Assembly: GCA_964016885.1 (NCBI GenBank)
Contig: OZ024751.1
Coordinates: 12,586,001 to 12,650,000, forward strand
DNA from: Eledone cirrhosa
Lineage: Eukaryota
Reading direction: 5' to 3'
DNA: 64,000 nucleotides
A program made the position numbers and the translations under genes. Each line of letters begins with the position of its first letter. Positions within the stretch are counted from its first letter, which is position 1. Shown here piece after piece: positions 30,486-46,553 of this stretch. Under the pieces are notes generated by a model. That model was not told the origin of the DNA. It ran no database searches and worked only from the letters and a program-made list of their open reading frames with translations.

Positions 30486-32525
30486 TTATACTTCTCTTAG
30501 GTCAGTGTTGTTTGTTTGGGTGTTGTTGTTGTTCCACTCATTCTTTCTGTTTAGCTTTGGTTTTCTAATTTCTATTTCACTGGCCTCTCTGATTTGCCTA
30601 TCTGCTGGGTCATTCCTATGTTTAGATATTATTCTAATTTCTATGTTGTCTATGTTACCGTCATGATGTTGTCTAGCATGTTCGTATAGTACTGACCCGT
30701 TTTTTCGTCCTTTTAGTTCCCCCCAGTGTTGGTCTATCCTTTCACCTATGCTACGAGCTGTCTCACCTATGTATGTTGTTGTCGTGTTTCTGCAAGTACC
30801 CTCTGTACATCTTATGCTATAGACTACGTTTCTAGTTTTACAGTTTATCCGGGGGTTCACCTTACATATGATACATTTCCTATTGGTACAGTGGGTTTTC
30901 TTAAAAGGGTAGGTTTTGCTGATCAGGGATTTTATGGTGGTTCCTGGCTTTTCTACCACCTTTATTTTTAAGTGGGTCTTTCTCAGGGCCTTTCTACACT
31001 GGTTAGCTAATTTCCCTCCAGGGGTGGCGTCCACAAACATGACACTCTGATATCTCTGGTTGTCGTACCATGATGTGGCCTTCCCTATCTTATGTCTAGC
31101 CCTATCTAAGCTATTCCATGATTTGCTCCTGTATAGTGGGCAAATTCCTTTCATGTCCAGTTCTATGAGGGTCTTATACTTTTCCATGGCTCCTTCGTAT
31201 ACTCTGACTCTGTCTCTTTGGTTGTAGCCAGAGAACTGCATGCGGTTGATGAAGTGTTGGATGTGTCCTTCCATTTCTGTTGGGTCGCACATGCTGGACA
31301 CATTCTTCATCACTCGTACCAAATCTGCGATCAGAATATTAAACTTAGCACTACTGGACATTGCTGAGTTTTTGAGTATCAGGTATTTGGAGGCCATGGG
31401 TTTAGCATAGTGTGAGTGGAGAATTTGGGCTCTCTCGTCTATAGTGTTAATCCAGAGTTCTGTGTCTAATACAGGTAGTCTATTGTTAGGGTGTTTGGAA
31501 GGGAAGTCTATAGTTACAGTTATACTCTGGTGTATGGAATTAGCTATCTGCTGGATGCTTTCCATCGTGCTACGTTCTAAATCAAACTTGTTAGTGCTCT
31601 CTAGTGGGGGTGTTCTTATAACTATATTGATATCATCTACATAACGAGAGTACATGATGAGGTCTATGGAGCTTTCATTAAGGAGATCTTTAAGTCTCCT
31701 TTCCCACCATACCATGAAAAGGTTGGCAACATCGCCAGCTATGCTGACGCCGATGGCTGCTCCCTCATTTTGGGTGTAGATTTTCTCATTGAACTTAAAT
31801 ATGTGGCCCTTTAGGGTAGTTTTGATACTAGCCCCTATTGCATGTGCGACCATTTTTCTTACCTGATCAGTGTTTTGGGGGGTCCGTATAGCTTTGGTCC
31901 ACCCAATCCACCTTCCTATGGGAGTCTTTTTAGCCATTGAGGTTATGGTGGGGGGTCTACCTCTTATAGGTCTACTAGGGCAGAAACATCTAAGGTCATG
32001 GCTGTCTAGGTAGTCAGTGTCGTAGGTAAGTCTAAGTAGGAGGCCTAGTTCGTCTGTGTCGACGTCGCAGAACTCCACCTCACTCTCAATGATCATCTCC
32101 ACACATCTTTTCACAGCAAAATCAATGTTAATGGATGGGTACAGTGACACCACATCCATGCTGCCTATTATGCAGTTGGATAGGCTCCTGTTTTTGTTGC
32201 ACTCACTGATTCTGCTGAGGAGGTCCTCTGTACTTTCACATACATCTGGGGACATCTTGATTATGGGGCGTATGACCATCGAGAGGAAGTAGGAGATCCT
32301 GTAGTTGCTAGCTATATTAGCTCCGCATACAGGTCTTGTTGGTGGTCCTATTGTCGGGTCGTCGACTGTCTTGTGGTCTTTGCGGAGCCCATACAAGGGT
32401 GGTATGCCATTGTTAGACGCCTGGAAGTTGTTGGCAGTGCGTCTGCTTGGCTTTAGGATGTCAGTCCACATCATCATGTGAGCGTTGAGGATTTTTTCTC
32501 TCCCATCGTGTGTTAAACCTCGCAA
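30486..32525 (-). CDS. PLE reverse transcriptase + GIY-YIG endonuclease (N-terminally truncated)
   Basis: GLRKDHK..RPV, SMDVVSLYPSI, QNEGAAIG, RYVDD; Cys-rich linker; NVVY..YIGETAR..R..QH, IREA, LN. Confidence 0.92.
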   Translation of the reverse strand: MRGLTHDGREKILNAHMMMWTDILKPSRRTANNFQASNNGIPPLYGLRKDHKTVDDPTIGPPTRPVCGANIASNYRISYFLSMVIRPIIKMSPDVCESTEDLLSRISECNKNRSLSNCIIGSMDVVSLYPSINIDFAVKRCVEMIIESEVEFCDVDTDELGLLLRLTYDTDYLDSHDLRCFCPSRPIRGRPPTITSMAKKTPIGRWIGWTKAIRTPQNTDQVRKMVAHAIGASIKTTLKGHIFKFNEKIYTQNEGAAIGVSIAGDVANLFMVWWERRLKDLLNESSIDLIMYSRYVDDINIVIRTPPLESTNKFDLERSTMESIQQIANSIHQSITVTIDFPSKHPNNRLPVLDTELWINTIDERAQILHSHYAKPMASKYLILKNSAMSSSAKFNILIADLVRVMKNVSSMCDPTEMEGHIQHFINRMQFSGYNQRDRVRVYEGAMEKYKTLIELDMKGICPLYRSKSWNSLDRARHKIGKATSWYDNQRYQSVMFVDATPGGKLANQCRKALRKTHLKIKVVEKPGTTIKSLISKTYPFKKTHCTNRKCIICKVNPRINCKTRNVVYSIRCTEGTCRNTTTTYIGETARSIGERIDQHWGELKGRKNGSVLYEHARQHHDGNIDNIEIRIISKHRNDPADRQIREASEIEIRKPKLNRKNEWNNNNTQTNNTDLREV

Positions 32526-32541
32526 AACTAATTCATCGCCG

Positions 32542-32605
<64 letters not shown>

Positions 32606-32695
32606 ATACTATCACATTTTATGCGTCAGTGTTCCTTTTGAAAGCGTGTATATTTACAAACATCGAGCTACATAAATATGTATATATATGTATGT

Positions 32696-32752
<57 letters not shown>

Positions 32753-32785
32753 ATCTATCTATCTATCTATCTATAATAATATGGG

Positions 32786-32837
<52 letters not shown>

Positions 32838-33054
32838 CCCATATTATTATAGATAGATAGAGAGAGAGAGAGAGAGACGATATTATATATATATATTATA
32901 TATATATGGGGGTTGTATGTGTGTGTGTGTAACTAAGACTGTCATCTGCCTTAACTACAAGGTAAACAAATCTAAACTAAACCCATGCTGTCCAAGAACT
33001 AACGAGAGAGCAAATCATAATCCGACAATATATATATATTCACATATATGGAGT

Positions 33055-33095
<41 letters not shown>

Positions 33096-33102
33096 TATAT
33101 AT

Positions 33103-33371
33103 CACTCTACTACCCTAAGTATTGAGTACTCTGGTGCGTTATGGTCCATCTGGTTCCTTACCACAATTCCTTTGTTATATATATATATATATATATACCA
33201 CTCTACTACCCTAAGTATTGAGTACTCTGGTGCGTTATGGTCCATCTGGTTCCTTACCACAATTCCTTTGTTATATATATATATATATATATATATATAA
33301 CAAAGGAATTGTGGTAAGGAACCAGATGGACCATAACGCACCAGAGTACTCAATACTTAGGGTAGTAGAGT

Positions 33372-33413
<42 letters not shown>

Positions 33414-33484
33414 ACTCTACTACCCTAAGTATTGAGTACTCAGGTGCGTTATGGTCCATCTGGTTCCTTACCACAATTCCTTTG

Positions 33485-33527
<43 letters not shown>

Positions 33528-33598
33528 ACTCTACTACCCTAAGTATTGAGTACTCTGGTGCGTTATGGTCCATCTGGTTCCTTGCCACAATTCCTTTG

Positions 33599-33600
<2 letters not shown>
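33103..33600. repeat. Five copies of a ~74-bp unit separated by variable (TA)n; third copy inverted
   Basis: cactctactaccctaagtattgagtactc...cacaattcctttgtt at ~33103, ~33199, ~33298 (minus), ~33413, ~33527. Confidence 0.95.
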
Positions 33601-33641
<41 letters not shown>

Positions 33642-33681
33642 GATATTAAACAAATGGAAACTATATTTATAAAACCATATT

Positions 33682-33747
33682 TATTTCATTATACATATTT
33701 CAGGGATACCATATTAGAAATATGGCATGCCTTCTTCAGATAAAATA
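33682..33747 (-). ncRNA. Hammerhead ribozyme in a Naiad-like pLTR tail (~33640-33785)
   Basis: tattttat-CTGAAGA-aggcatgccatatt(tct)aatatggtatccct-GAAA-tatgta-TA-atgaaata; homologous to 53662-53727. Confidence 0.7.
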
Positions 33748-33823
33748 CAATATATAAGCAGTTTTATAAATAAATTTGACGTACCATAAATATTGTTCAA
33801 CTTCCATTTAAAAAAGTTGGTTG

Positions 33824-33871
<48 letters not shown>

Positions 33872-33943
33872 CCCGGGTTTAATCGTAGGTAACCACAGTA
33901 AAGTAAGTTACTCAATACAAAGTAGAATATATACAATATTTAA

Positions 33944-34062
33944 TATAGAAAAGGCTTCTACAGAACTAGAACAGTTTCATTCGAAGGAAATCACCAGGAA
34001 AGCTTTCCTGTTCATTTCCTACGAATGAAACAGTTCTAGTCCTGTAGAAGCCTTTTTCTATA
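33944..34062. repeat. Imperfect ~120-bp palindrome
   Basis: Centre ggaaagctttcc; arms agaaaaggcttctacag / ctgtagaagcctttttct. Confidence 0.85.
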
Positions 34063-34080
34063 ATATATATATATATATAG

Positions 34081-34295
34081 TGAAGGCGTGTGGCTGAGTG
34101 GTTAGAGAATTGGATTTGCAATCGTAAGGTTGAGAGTTCGATTCCTGGACCAGGCGATGCGTTATGTCCTTGAGCAAGACACTTTATTTCACGTTGCTCC
34201 TTCTACCTAGAGTTGCGGCCGATAGATAGTATTAGCAATTGGAAAGACCAACGGAAACATTGTTCCCTCGGTCCGATTTGACGAAAGTCGATCGT
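34081..34295 (+). mobile_element. tRNA-derived SINE (family 2)
   Basis: A/B boxes; matches the 22968 and 24743 copies. Confidence 0.8.
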
Positions 34296-34466
34296 TCCTA
34301 TATATATATATATGTATATAACAAAGAGTTAATGGGGATTTAGGCTTGTAAGACCTGCCCAGCTCCCAGCTTAGTACTCGATACATAAGAAAGTAGTTTG
34401 TGAATATTATATTGAATTTCTGGCAGACGCCTGAGCTATTGCCATTTCGACTTTGAGGGGATAACA

Positions 34467-34684
34467 TGCGATGGGGCGCTGAAACGTTCCTGACTTGATC
34501 GCAGCTACAGAGACCTATTTGGAGGACCCAAAATCTGAGTTCTTTTTCCAGGGCTTAGAAAAACTGAAGGACAGCGTAATAAGTGCATAAATCTGAGAAG
34601 GGGATGTTGAATAAAATCATAATTAACTGATTTGCCTGTATTTTCTTTTAACCAAATCCAGGAACTTTTCGGCACCACTTCGTA
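34467..34684. mobile_element. Decayed mariner-type non-autonomous element
   Basis: Imperfect TIRs (cgatggggcgctgaaacgttcctg / ccaggaacttttcggcaccacttcg-TA); KCINLR-like transposase C-terminal remnant. Confidence 0.6.
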
Positions 34685-34735
<51 letters not shown>

Positions 34736-34960
34736 ATATATATATATGTATATATATATATGTATATATATATATGTATATATATATATGTATATAAATA
34801 TATGTATATATATATGTATATATATATATACATATATGTATATATATATATGTATATATATATATGTATATATATATGTATATATGTATATATATATGTA
34901 TATATATATGTATATATATATATGTATATATATATATATGTATATATGTATATATATATG

Positions 34961-34991
<31 letters not shown>

Positions 34992-35042
34992 GTATATAAA
35001 GTTAAATAAAAGTCAAATGATTAAAATTTAGCTTCGTTTATT

Positions 35043-35097
35043 ACTGCTATATATATTTCAGTGACAGCCATCTTTGGCTGTGACCTCTTCAGGCAGT
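35043..35097 (-). ncRNA. Minimal type I hammerhead ribozyme
   Basis: actgc-CTGAAGA-ggtcacagcc(aaagat)ggctgtcact-GAAA-tatata-TA-gcagt. Confidence 0.75.
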
Positions 35098-35230
35098 TTG
35101 AATTACTATGGTATAGACAAGTACATATGTTGTTTAGGTGTATGATATTGTCAATACTCTGATATGCCCAGTTCCTTGTTGGGTTGTTAATTCACTGGGG
35201 AACTGGAGTCATAAACTCAAAATATATATG

Positions 35231-35263
<33 letters not shown>

Positions 35264-35276
35264 GTATATATAAATA

Positions 35277-35320
<44 letters not shown>

Positions 35321-35321
35321 A

Positions 35322-35387
<66 letters not shown>

Positions 35388-36139
35388 GTATATATATATG
35401 TATATATATATATATAGTAATAATAATAAAATTGAAGACTAAAATCCAAAGAGAGCTCCATAAGGATAAATATATATCAAATATATAAGAACCATAGAGC
35501 AAAGATTTATTAAAATAACAGATTAAAGTTTAAGCAAAGAATCGCTGCTTTCACCCTTAACGGGATCTTCTGAAACTAACAACGTCCACGGGCGTACCGA
35601 AAACGAGAAATGAAAAAAATGAAATTTCATTTCTCATTCTTAGTACGGCTGATACTTAAATATAAGTATGTATACGCACATACATATATGTATACAGACG
35701 TACAGTAGTATGTATATACATACATACATGCACACGTATATAATATATGTTCGGTAAACCCATACGTACATAAGTATGTAGGTATGGATTATATATTTAA
35801 GTAACAGCCGTACTAACAGTGAGAAATGAAATTTCGTTTCATTTTTTCCGTTTATCGTTTTCGGTACCCCGGCCGATTAACTCACTCGATATGCAAATTA
35901 GACTGCTCAGCCACTAATATGCATAAGGAAAGTATATACTTTGAGACGTTCAATCATCTGGCAGGAAGGTATACGTTGCTGACGATAGCTAATAAGCTTT
36001 AAACTAGTACAGCTTTCTTTTGTCAGTGGTGAACAAAGGAGCAACGATGGTTGCTAGACACTGTACGGCTTAATTCGGGATGTTTGTTTACAAGCACACC
36101 AAGCATTATAATAAATGTTCGGTGAATTCATACGTACAT

Positions 36140-37676
<1,537 letters not shown>

Positions 37677-37826
37677 AATAAATGCTCTGAAATAGCGATA
37701 TATATGTGAATATAGACATAGAATATTCGAAAATATTCTGTATGTTTATAATAAACATTTTGAAGACCTAATCGCTATAGAATAGAATACGTCACGTATT
37801 ACAATTAGATTCTCGATAAAAGCAAG

Positions 37827-37879
37827 GGAAGTAATCTACGCGTTTCATTCTTGTTAGAAATCTTCAGGACTACATATCC
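37827..37879 (-). ncRNA. Hammerhead ribozyme (array copy, minus strand)
   Basis: Reverse complement of 38308-38360. Confidence 0.75.
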
Positions 37880-38307
37880 AGTGCTTTTATCGAGAATGAC
37901 ACAGCTAGAGACTTATAGAATACTTAGCTGTGTACAGGAACTGGTTTGAAAGAGCGGTTGCCGGTCCGGCAGAAATTAGAAATTGGAATAAATGCTCTGA
38001 AATTGCGATATATATGTGAATATAGACATAGAATATTCGAAAATATTCTGTATGTTTATAATAAACATTTTGAAGACCTAATCGCTATAGAATAGAATAC
38101 GTCACGTATTACAATTAGATTCTCGATAAAAGCAAGGGAAGTAATCTACGCGTTTCATTCTTGTTAGAAATATATATATCGCTATTTCAGAGCATTTATT
38201 CCAATTTCTAATTTCTGCCGGACCGGCAACCGCTCTTTCAAACCAGTTCCTGTACACAGCTAAGTATTCTATAAGTCTCTAGCTGTGTCATTCTCGATAA
38301 AAGCACT

Positions 38308-38360
38308 GGATATGTAGTCCTGAAGATTTCTAACAAGAATGAAACGCGTAGATTACTTCC
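38308..38360 (+). ncRNA. Minimal type I hammerhead ribozyme (array copy 1)
   Basis: gtagtc-CTGAAGA-tttctaacaagaat-GAAA-cgcg-TA-gattac. Confidence 0.78.
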
Positions 38361-38617
38361 CTTGCTTTTATCGAGAATCTAATTGTAATACGTGACGTAT
38401 TCTATTCTATAGCGATTAGGTCTTCAAAATGTTTATTATAAACATACAGAATATTTTCGAATATTCTATGTCTATATTCACATATATATCGCTATTTCAG
38501 AGCATTTATTCCAATTTCTAATTTCTGCCGGACCGGCAACCGCTCTTTCAAACCAGTTCCTGTACACAGCTAAGTATTCTATAAGTCTCTAGCTGTGTCA
38601 TTCTCGATAAAAGCACT

Positions 38618-38670
38618 GGATATGTAGTCCTGAAGATTTCTAACAAGAATGAAACGCGTAGATTACTTCC
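38618..38670 (+). ncRNA. Hammerhead ribozyme (array copy 2)
   Basis: Same motif, +310 bp. Confidence 0.78.
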
Positions 38671-38927
38671 CTTGCTTTTATCGAGAATCTAATTGTAATA
38701 CGTGACGTATTCTATTCTATAGCGATTAGGTCTTCAAAATGTTTATTATAAACATACAGAATATTTTCGAATATTCTATGTCTATATTCACATATATATC
38801 GCTATTTCAGAGCATTTATTCCAATTTCTAATTTCTGCCGGACCAGCAACCGCTCTTTCAAACCAGTTCCTGTACACAGCTAAGTATTCTATAAGTCTCT
38901 AGCTGTGTCATTCTCGATAAAAGCACT

Positions 38928-38980
38928 GGATATGTAGTCCTGAAGATTTCTAACAAGAATGAAACGCGTAGATTACTTCC
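38928..38980 (+). ncRNA. Hammerhead ribozyme (array copy 3)
   Basis: Same motif, +620 bp. Confidence 0.78.
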
Positions 38981-39100
38981 CTTGCTTTTATCGAGAATCT
39001 AATTGTAATACGTGACGTATTCTATTCTATAGCGATTAGGTCTTCAAAATGTTTATTATAAACATACAGAATATTTTCGAATATTCTATGTCTATATTCG

Positions 39101-41553
<2,453 letters not shown>

Positions 41554-41880
41554 TTTTCTTTTCCCTTCCTTTTTTTATGTTTTGATGCCGCTGTTGTTGT
41601 TGTTGTTGTAATTGTTGTAAATGTTCATTTCAGTTCATTCTGAAGCTGTTGTTGCTGTAAACATTAGTGCCGGTGTTGTTGTTGTTGTAGATGTTGGGGT
41701 TGAAATCTGGTTGTTTGACTGAGTGATGTATATACACACATATACATACACACACACATATATATATAAAAACATATACATACACACACACATATATATA
41801 TAAAAAAAAAAAAAAAAAGGAGGAAAAAAAAAAAAGGAAGGGAAAAAAAAAAAAAAAAAAAAACTCAAAATAACAAAACA

Positions 41881-41929
<49 letters not shown>

Positions 41930-42365
41930 CAGAACAACAACATCAACTGCCACCACCACCACCACCGCCACCGCCGTCGCCATCACCACCACCAGCGACC
42001 TTAAGAACAACTTTAATAATAATTTTTCTGCTTTTGGCACGGATCCAGCGACTGGCCCAGCGCATCACTGGTACTCTCTTTTGTTGACTCCGTGGAGAGC
42101 CATAACTCTATGCTGTAAAGCAATTATAGTAATACTGGACTGTAATACGATCGGCTTCAACTATACAAACTCTTGAAAGTCAACAGTTGACATAATCTGG
42201 TAATCTTGTATCAGTAATGACGGTAATATATATATATATATGTGTGTGTGTGCGTGTAAGTGAGTAGAGTAGCGTGTGTGTGTGTTTGTTGTGTGTGTGA
42301 GTGTTGCTGTGTGCACGCATATGTGTGCGTGTGTGTGTATGTCGTACGTATAAGTGTCAATAAGT

Positions 42366-42414
<49 letters not shown>

Positions 42415-42416
<2 letters not shown>

Positions 42417-42719
42417 GCGGGGACATAGAAATAATCGGGCTGGATGCCCGATCGCGCAGTTAAACCACTGGGAGTGAAGAACCCCTAGCCCATGTCAGGG
42501 TATTCTTCTAGGAGAAGGCATCTCAGGAAACTGGGTTAACTCCGATATAAAACCTGCGGCTCAGTAGTTACCGATGATGTTGATCTTTTCTTCTTTTCGG
42601 GTTATAGCTACTGTCGCTCAGAGAGTGGGATTGGTTCAGTGCACAGTCTTTCCTCACTTTAAAAAAATATTCGTCACGCACAGGCATTGCACGAGTGCAT
42701 TAATAATTATTAATAGTGT

Positions 42720-42757
<38 letters not shown>

Positions 42758-42770
42758 TATTATTACTTCT

Positions 42771-42812
<42 letters not shown>

Positions 42813-45800
42813 CCCAATTCAATGATGTTCCGGAACAATGTAAACGAGATAATTGCCAATTTGGGTTCTGGAACAAAAGGGATCATTGGCAATAAGGGCA
42901 GGGGCCCCAAGTTATCACAACCTGGGCCCGCCCGTCATCGTGCCATTGTAATAGAGCCAAACAGGGCATTTAGTCTTGGCTGCTGGAACGTACGGACGCT
43001 GCTTGACGGGGATTCTTTGGAGCGTCCTGAACGAAGGACCGCTCTTGTTGCGAAGGAGCTTCGACGTTACGATCTTGACATCGTGGCTTTGTCTGAGACG
43101 AGGTTAGCTGGAGATGGTCATCTTACGGAATTTTGTGGAGAATATACATTCTTCTGGAAAGGAAGAGATGAAGGAACCAGAAGAGAGGCTGGGGTAGGAT
43201 TTGCTGTTAAGACTGTACTGGTGAATAAATTAGAAGAATTCCCAGTGGGGATTAGTGAGCGTCTTATGTCCATGAGAGTTCCGCTGGACAAGGGAAGATA
43301 TGCTACCCTGGTGAGTGTGTATGCTCCAACTATGAATTCTGTCGATGAAGAAAAACTGTCCTTTTACCATGCCTTGAAAGGTGTTTTAAGAAATATCCCT
43401 CAGGCAGACAAAGTCATCGTGCTTGGTGACTTTAATGCTAGAGTGGGTAGGGATTTTAACACATGGAATGTAATCGGAAGGCATGGGGTGGGAAAGTGTA
43501 ACAGCAATGGTATGCTCTTGCTGCAGATGTGTGAGGAGCTGGATCTGTGTGTTACCAACACCATGTTCCAACAAAAGAACAAATTCAAGACCACATGGAT
43601 GCATCCTGCATCTAAGGAATGGCATCTTTTGGACTACGTCCTAGTCAGGATGCGTGACAGACAGGATGTGCGGTGTGTTCGTGTTCTTCGTGGAGCTGAG
43701 TGCTGGACGGACCACCGCCTGGTACGCGCAAAAGTGAATCTAATCACCAAACGTAAAATCCGGGCTCCTGGTGTTACCCTGCCCAAAAGATTGAATGCTG
43801 CTCGTCTTAAGGATAAAAATGTGAAGAGGACATTGGAAGAAGAGATGCAGGCTGCAGATCTTGGTGAGGATTGGCCGACCCTTAAAAAGTCGGTTTATGA
43901 TGTAGGCAGACGTGTTCTGGGATTGGTGCAGAGAAAACATCAGGACTGGTTTGATGAGAAAGATGTGCATATAGATGACTTGTTGGCTGATAAGAGGCGC
44001 GCTCTGTCACGCTACTTGACGGCAGGGCCACGGGAGAGGAATACGTTGCATGAGGAGCTCAGGGATGTAAAATCACGTGTTAGGCGGAGTCTTTCTCAGA
44101 TGAAGGATCAGTGGTGGAGTGAGAAGGCTGGTGAGATACAAACTGCGTCTGATTGCAATAACACAAAGCTGTTGTACAGTCTCTTGCGTGAGGTTTATGG
44201 ACCGTCTTCTTCTCTGGTGACACCGATTCGCAGCAGGGATGGCAAAGAACTTCTTCGTGACTCACAGGGAATTCTACGAAGGTGGCGAGAGCACTTTGAT
44301 GATCTTTTGAATCAGCCGTCTGTCGTCAGTGAAGATTTCCTCAATCTCATTCCGGAAAGTCCTGTGAAAGTAGCTCTCGCAGAACCTCCGACACTTGTGG
44401 AGGTTGCGGTGGCTATTTCGAAGCTGAACAGTGGAAGATCTCCAGGTATGGATGGCATACATGCTGAGCTCCTACAATATGGTGGTGAGAGACTCCTGCA
44501 ACATCTTCACTCTCTGTTTGGAGGGATATGGGCTAATGAATCCGTGCCTGAGGACTGGAGAGATGCGGTAATGGTGGTCTTGTACAAGGGAAAGGGTAAC
44601 AGGAATGATTGTGGGAACTACAGAGGTATATCATTGCTTTCTGTCGTGGGGAAAGTTTTATGTAGGGTGCTTCTGGACCGTCTGCTGACACACATTGCAG
44701 ATTGTGTCCTTCCTGAAAGTCAATCTGGTTTTCGTGTTGGACGCGGCACTACTGATATGATCTTCTCAGCTAGACAGCTCCAGGAGAAGTGCATTGAACA
44801 GGGCTTGGATCTGTATCAGGTTTTTGTCGATCTGACAAAGGCTTTCGATACTGTCAACAGAGATGCATTATGGAAGGTTCTCCAGAAACTTGGTTGCCCT
44901 GATAAGTTCCTTGCTTTAGTTAGGTCTTTCCATGACGACATGAAGGCTTGGGTTAATGTCGGAGGTAACATGTCGGAGCCTATCTCAGTAAAAAATGGAG
45001 TGAAACAGGGGGATATTCCAGCACCGACCCTGTTTGCCATATACTTTGCAATGGTTTTCTGTGTTGCATTCAGGAATTGCGAGCATGGTGTTTACATCCG
45101 ATATCGAACCTCAGGCAGCATATTTAACATCAGGCGCTTTGCTGCGAAGACAAAAGTATTTACATCAGTCATAAGAGACCTCTTGTATGCAGATGATTGC
45201 GATCTTGTAGCGCACACAGAGAGTGATATGCAGCACATTTTGAATGTATTTTCTGACGCTTGCACTGCCCTGGGTTTGACTGTCAGTCTCAAGAAAACCG
45301 TCGTCATGTACCAACCTGCACCTGGTGGGCAGTACACTGAACCAAACATCTATGTGTATGGCAAACGACTTGGAGTGGTTGATCAGTTTGTCTACCTGGG
45401 AAGCACTGTCAATCGATACGGCAACCTTGACGGTGAAATCTCACTTAGGATTAGGAAAGCAAGTGATGCTTTCGGAAAGCTAGAAAGGCGACTCTGGGGT
45501 CGGCGAGACATATGCAGGAGGACAAAGGTAAAGGTGTACAGGGCATGTGTACTCTCTTGTCTTCTTTATGCCTGCGAGACCTGGGTCACATATCGACGCC
45601 ACCTTAAGCAATTGGAGCGTTTCCATCAGATGTGTCTCAGACGGATACATGGCGTTCGCTGGAGGGACCACATCAGTGATGTCGAGATTTTGGAAAGCTC
45701 TATGTGTGACAGTATAGAAGCTCTTGTGCTTAGGCAGCGACTCCGTTGGAGTGGTCACCTTGCCAGGATGAAGGATTCTAGAATACCAAAACAACTCTTC

Positions 45801-46375
45801 TATGGAGAGTTGGTTAAAGGAAAACGACCGCCACATAAACCAAAAAAGAGGTATAAGGATTCCTTGAAGGCCTCTCTGAAAGACGCTAACATCTCTGCTG
45901 ATACATGGGAAAATATTGCTGCTGATCGTAATAAATGGAGAAAGACTGTATATGAGGGAAAAGTTGCCTTTGAGGCATCTCGAATCGCACACGAGAAAGT
46001 AAAGCGGGACGTGAGGAAGGGTATTGCTGTTGCACTTCCAGACGGCGAGGGTCCTCCTATGTTTCTGACATGCAGCGTCTGTGCGAGACTCTGCCTAAGC
46101 AAAGCTGGACTCGAAAGTCATCTTCGCAGTCATAAAGTAAGACCAGTGGTTGACTACCAGGCTGCTGTTGGAGATGCTACTCATCATGCTTGCCAAACAT
46201 GTGGTAGAGAATGTAAATCAGCAGGAGGACTCAAGCGACATGCAAAAGTACACGAACTCCAACCACAGCCGACTATTCCCAGTAAATGTTTTGGTTGCCG
46301 ACTCTGTGCAAGACATTTTAGATCATTGGCTGGGCTAAAAAGCCACATTCGATCGCAGCACTGTTAGTTGCTATC

Positions 46376-46413
<38 letters not shown>

Positions 46414-46492
46414 GCTTATGTGCGTGCGTGTGTGTGTATATATATATGAATATGTATATTATTATTGTTGTTGTCGTTATTATTATTATTGC

Positions 46493-46553
<61 letters not shown>

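Larger units (their letters stand above)
29972..32545 (-). mobile_element. Penelope-like retroelement, 5'-truncated, inserted in (TA)n
   Basis: RT + GIY-YIG ORF followed by a ~0.5-kb 3' pLTR; (TA)n on both sides. Confidence 0.92.
37677..39100. mobile_element. Array of a 310-bp hammerhead-containing unit: ~1.6 units minus (37677-38171), then ~3 units plus (38172-39100); retrozyme/pLTR-like
   Basis: gctatttcagagcatttatt at 38181, 38491 and 38801; copies nearly identical; no ORF; (TA)n flanks. Confidence 0.9.

Noticed and set aside
33103-33600. CRISPR-like repeat-spacer appearance
   Set aside because: Repeats are 74 bp, spacers are only (TA)n, one unit is inverted, there are no cas genes and the context is eukaryotic
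41630-42040. Short minus-strand ORFs
   Set aside because: Mostly simple repeats; no convincing splice or coding evidence
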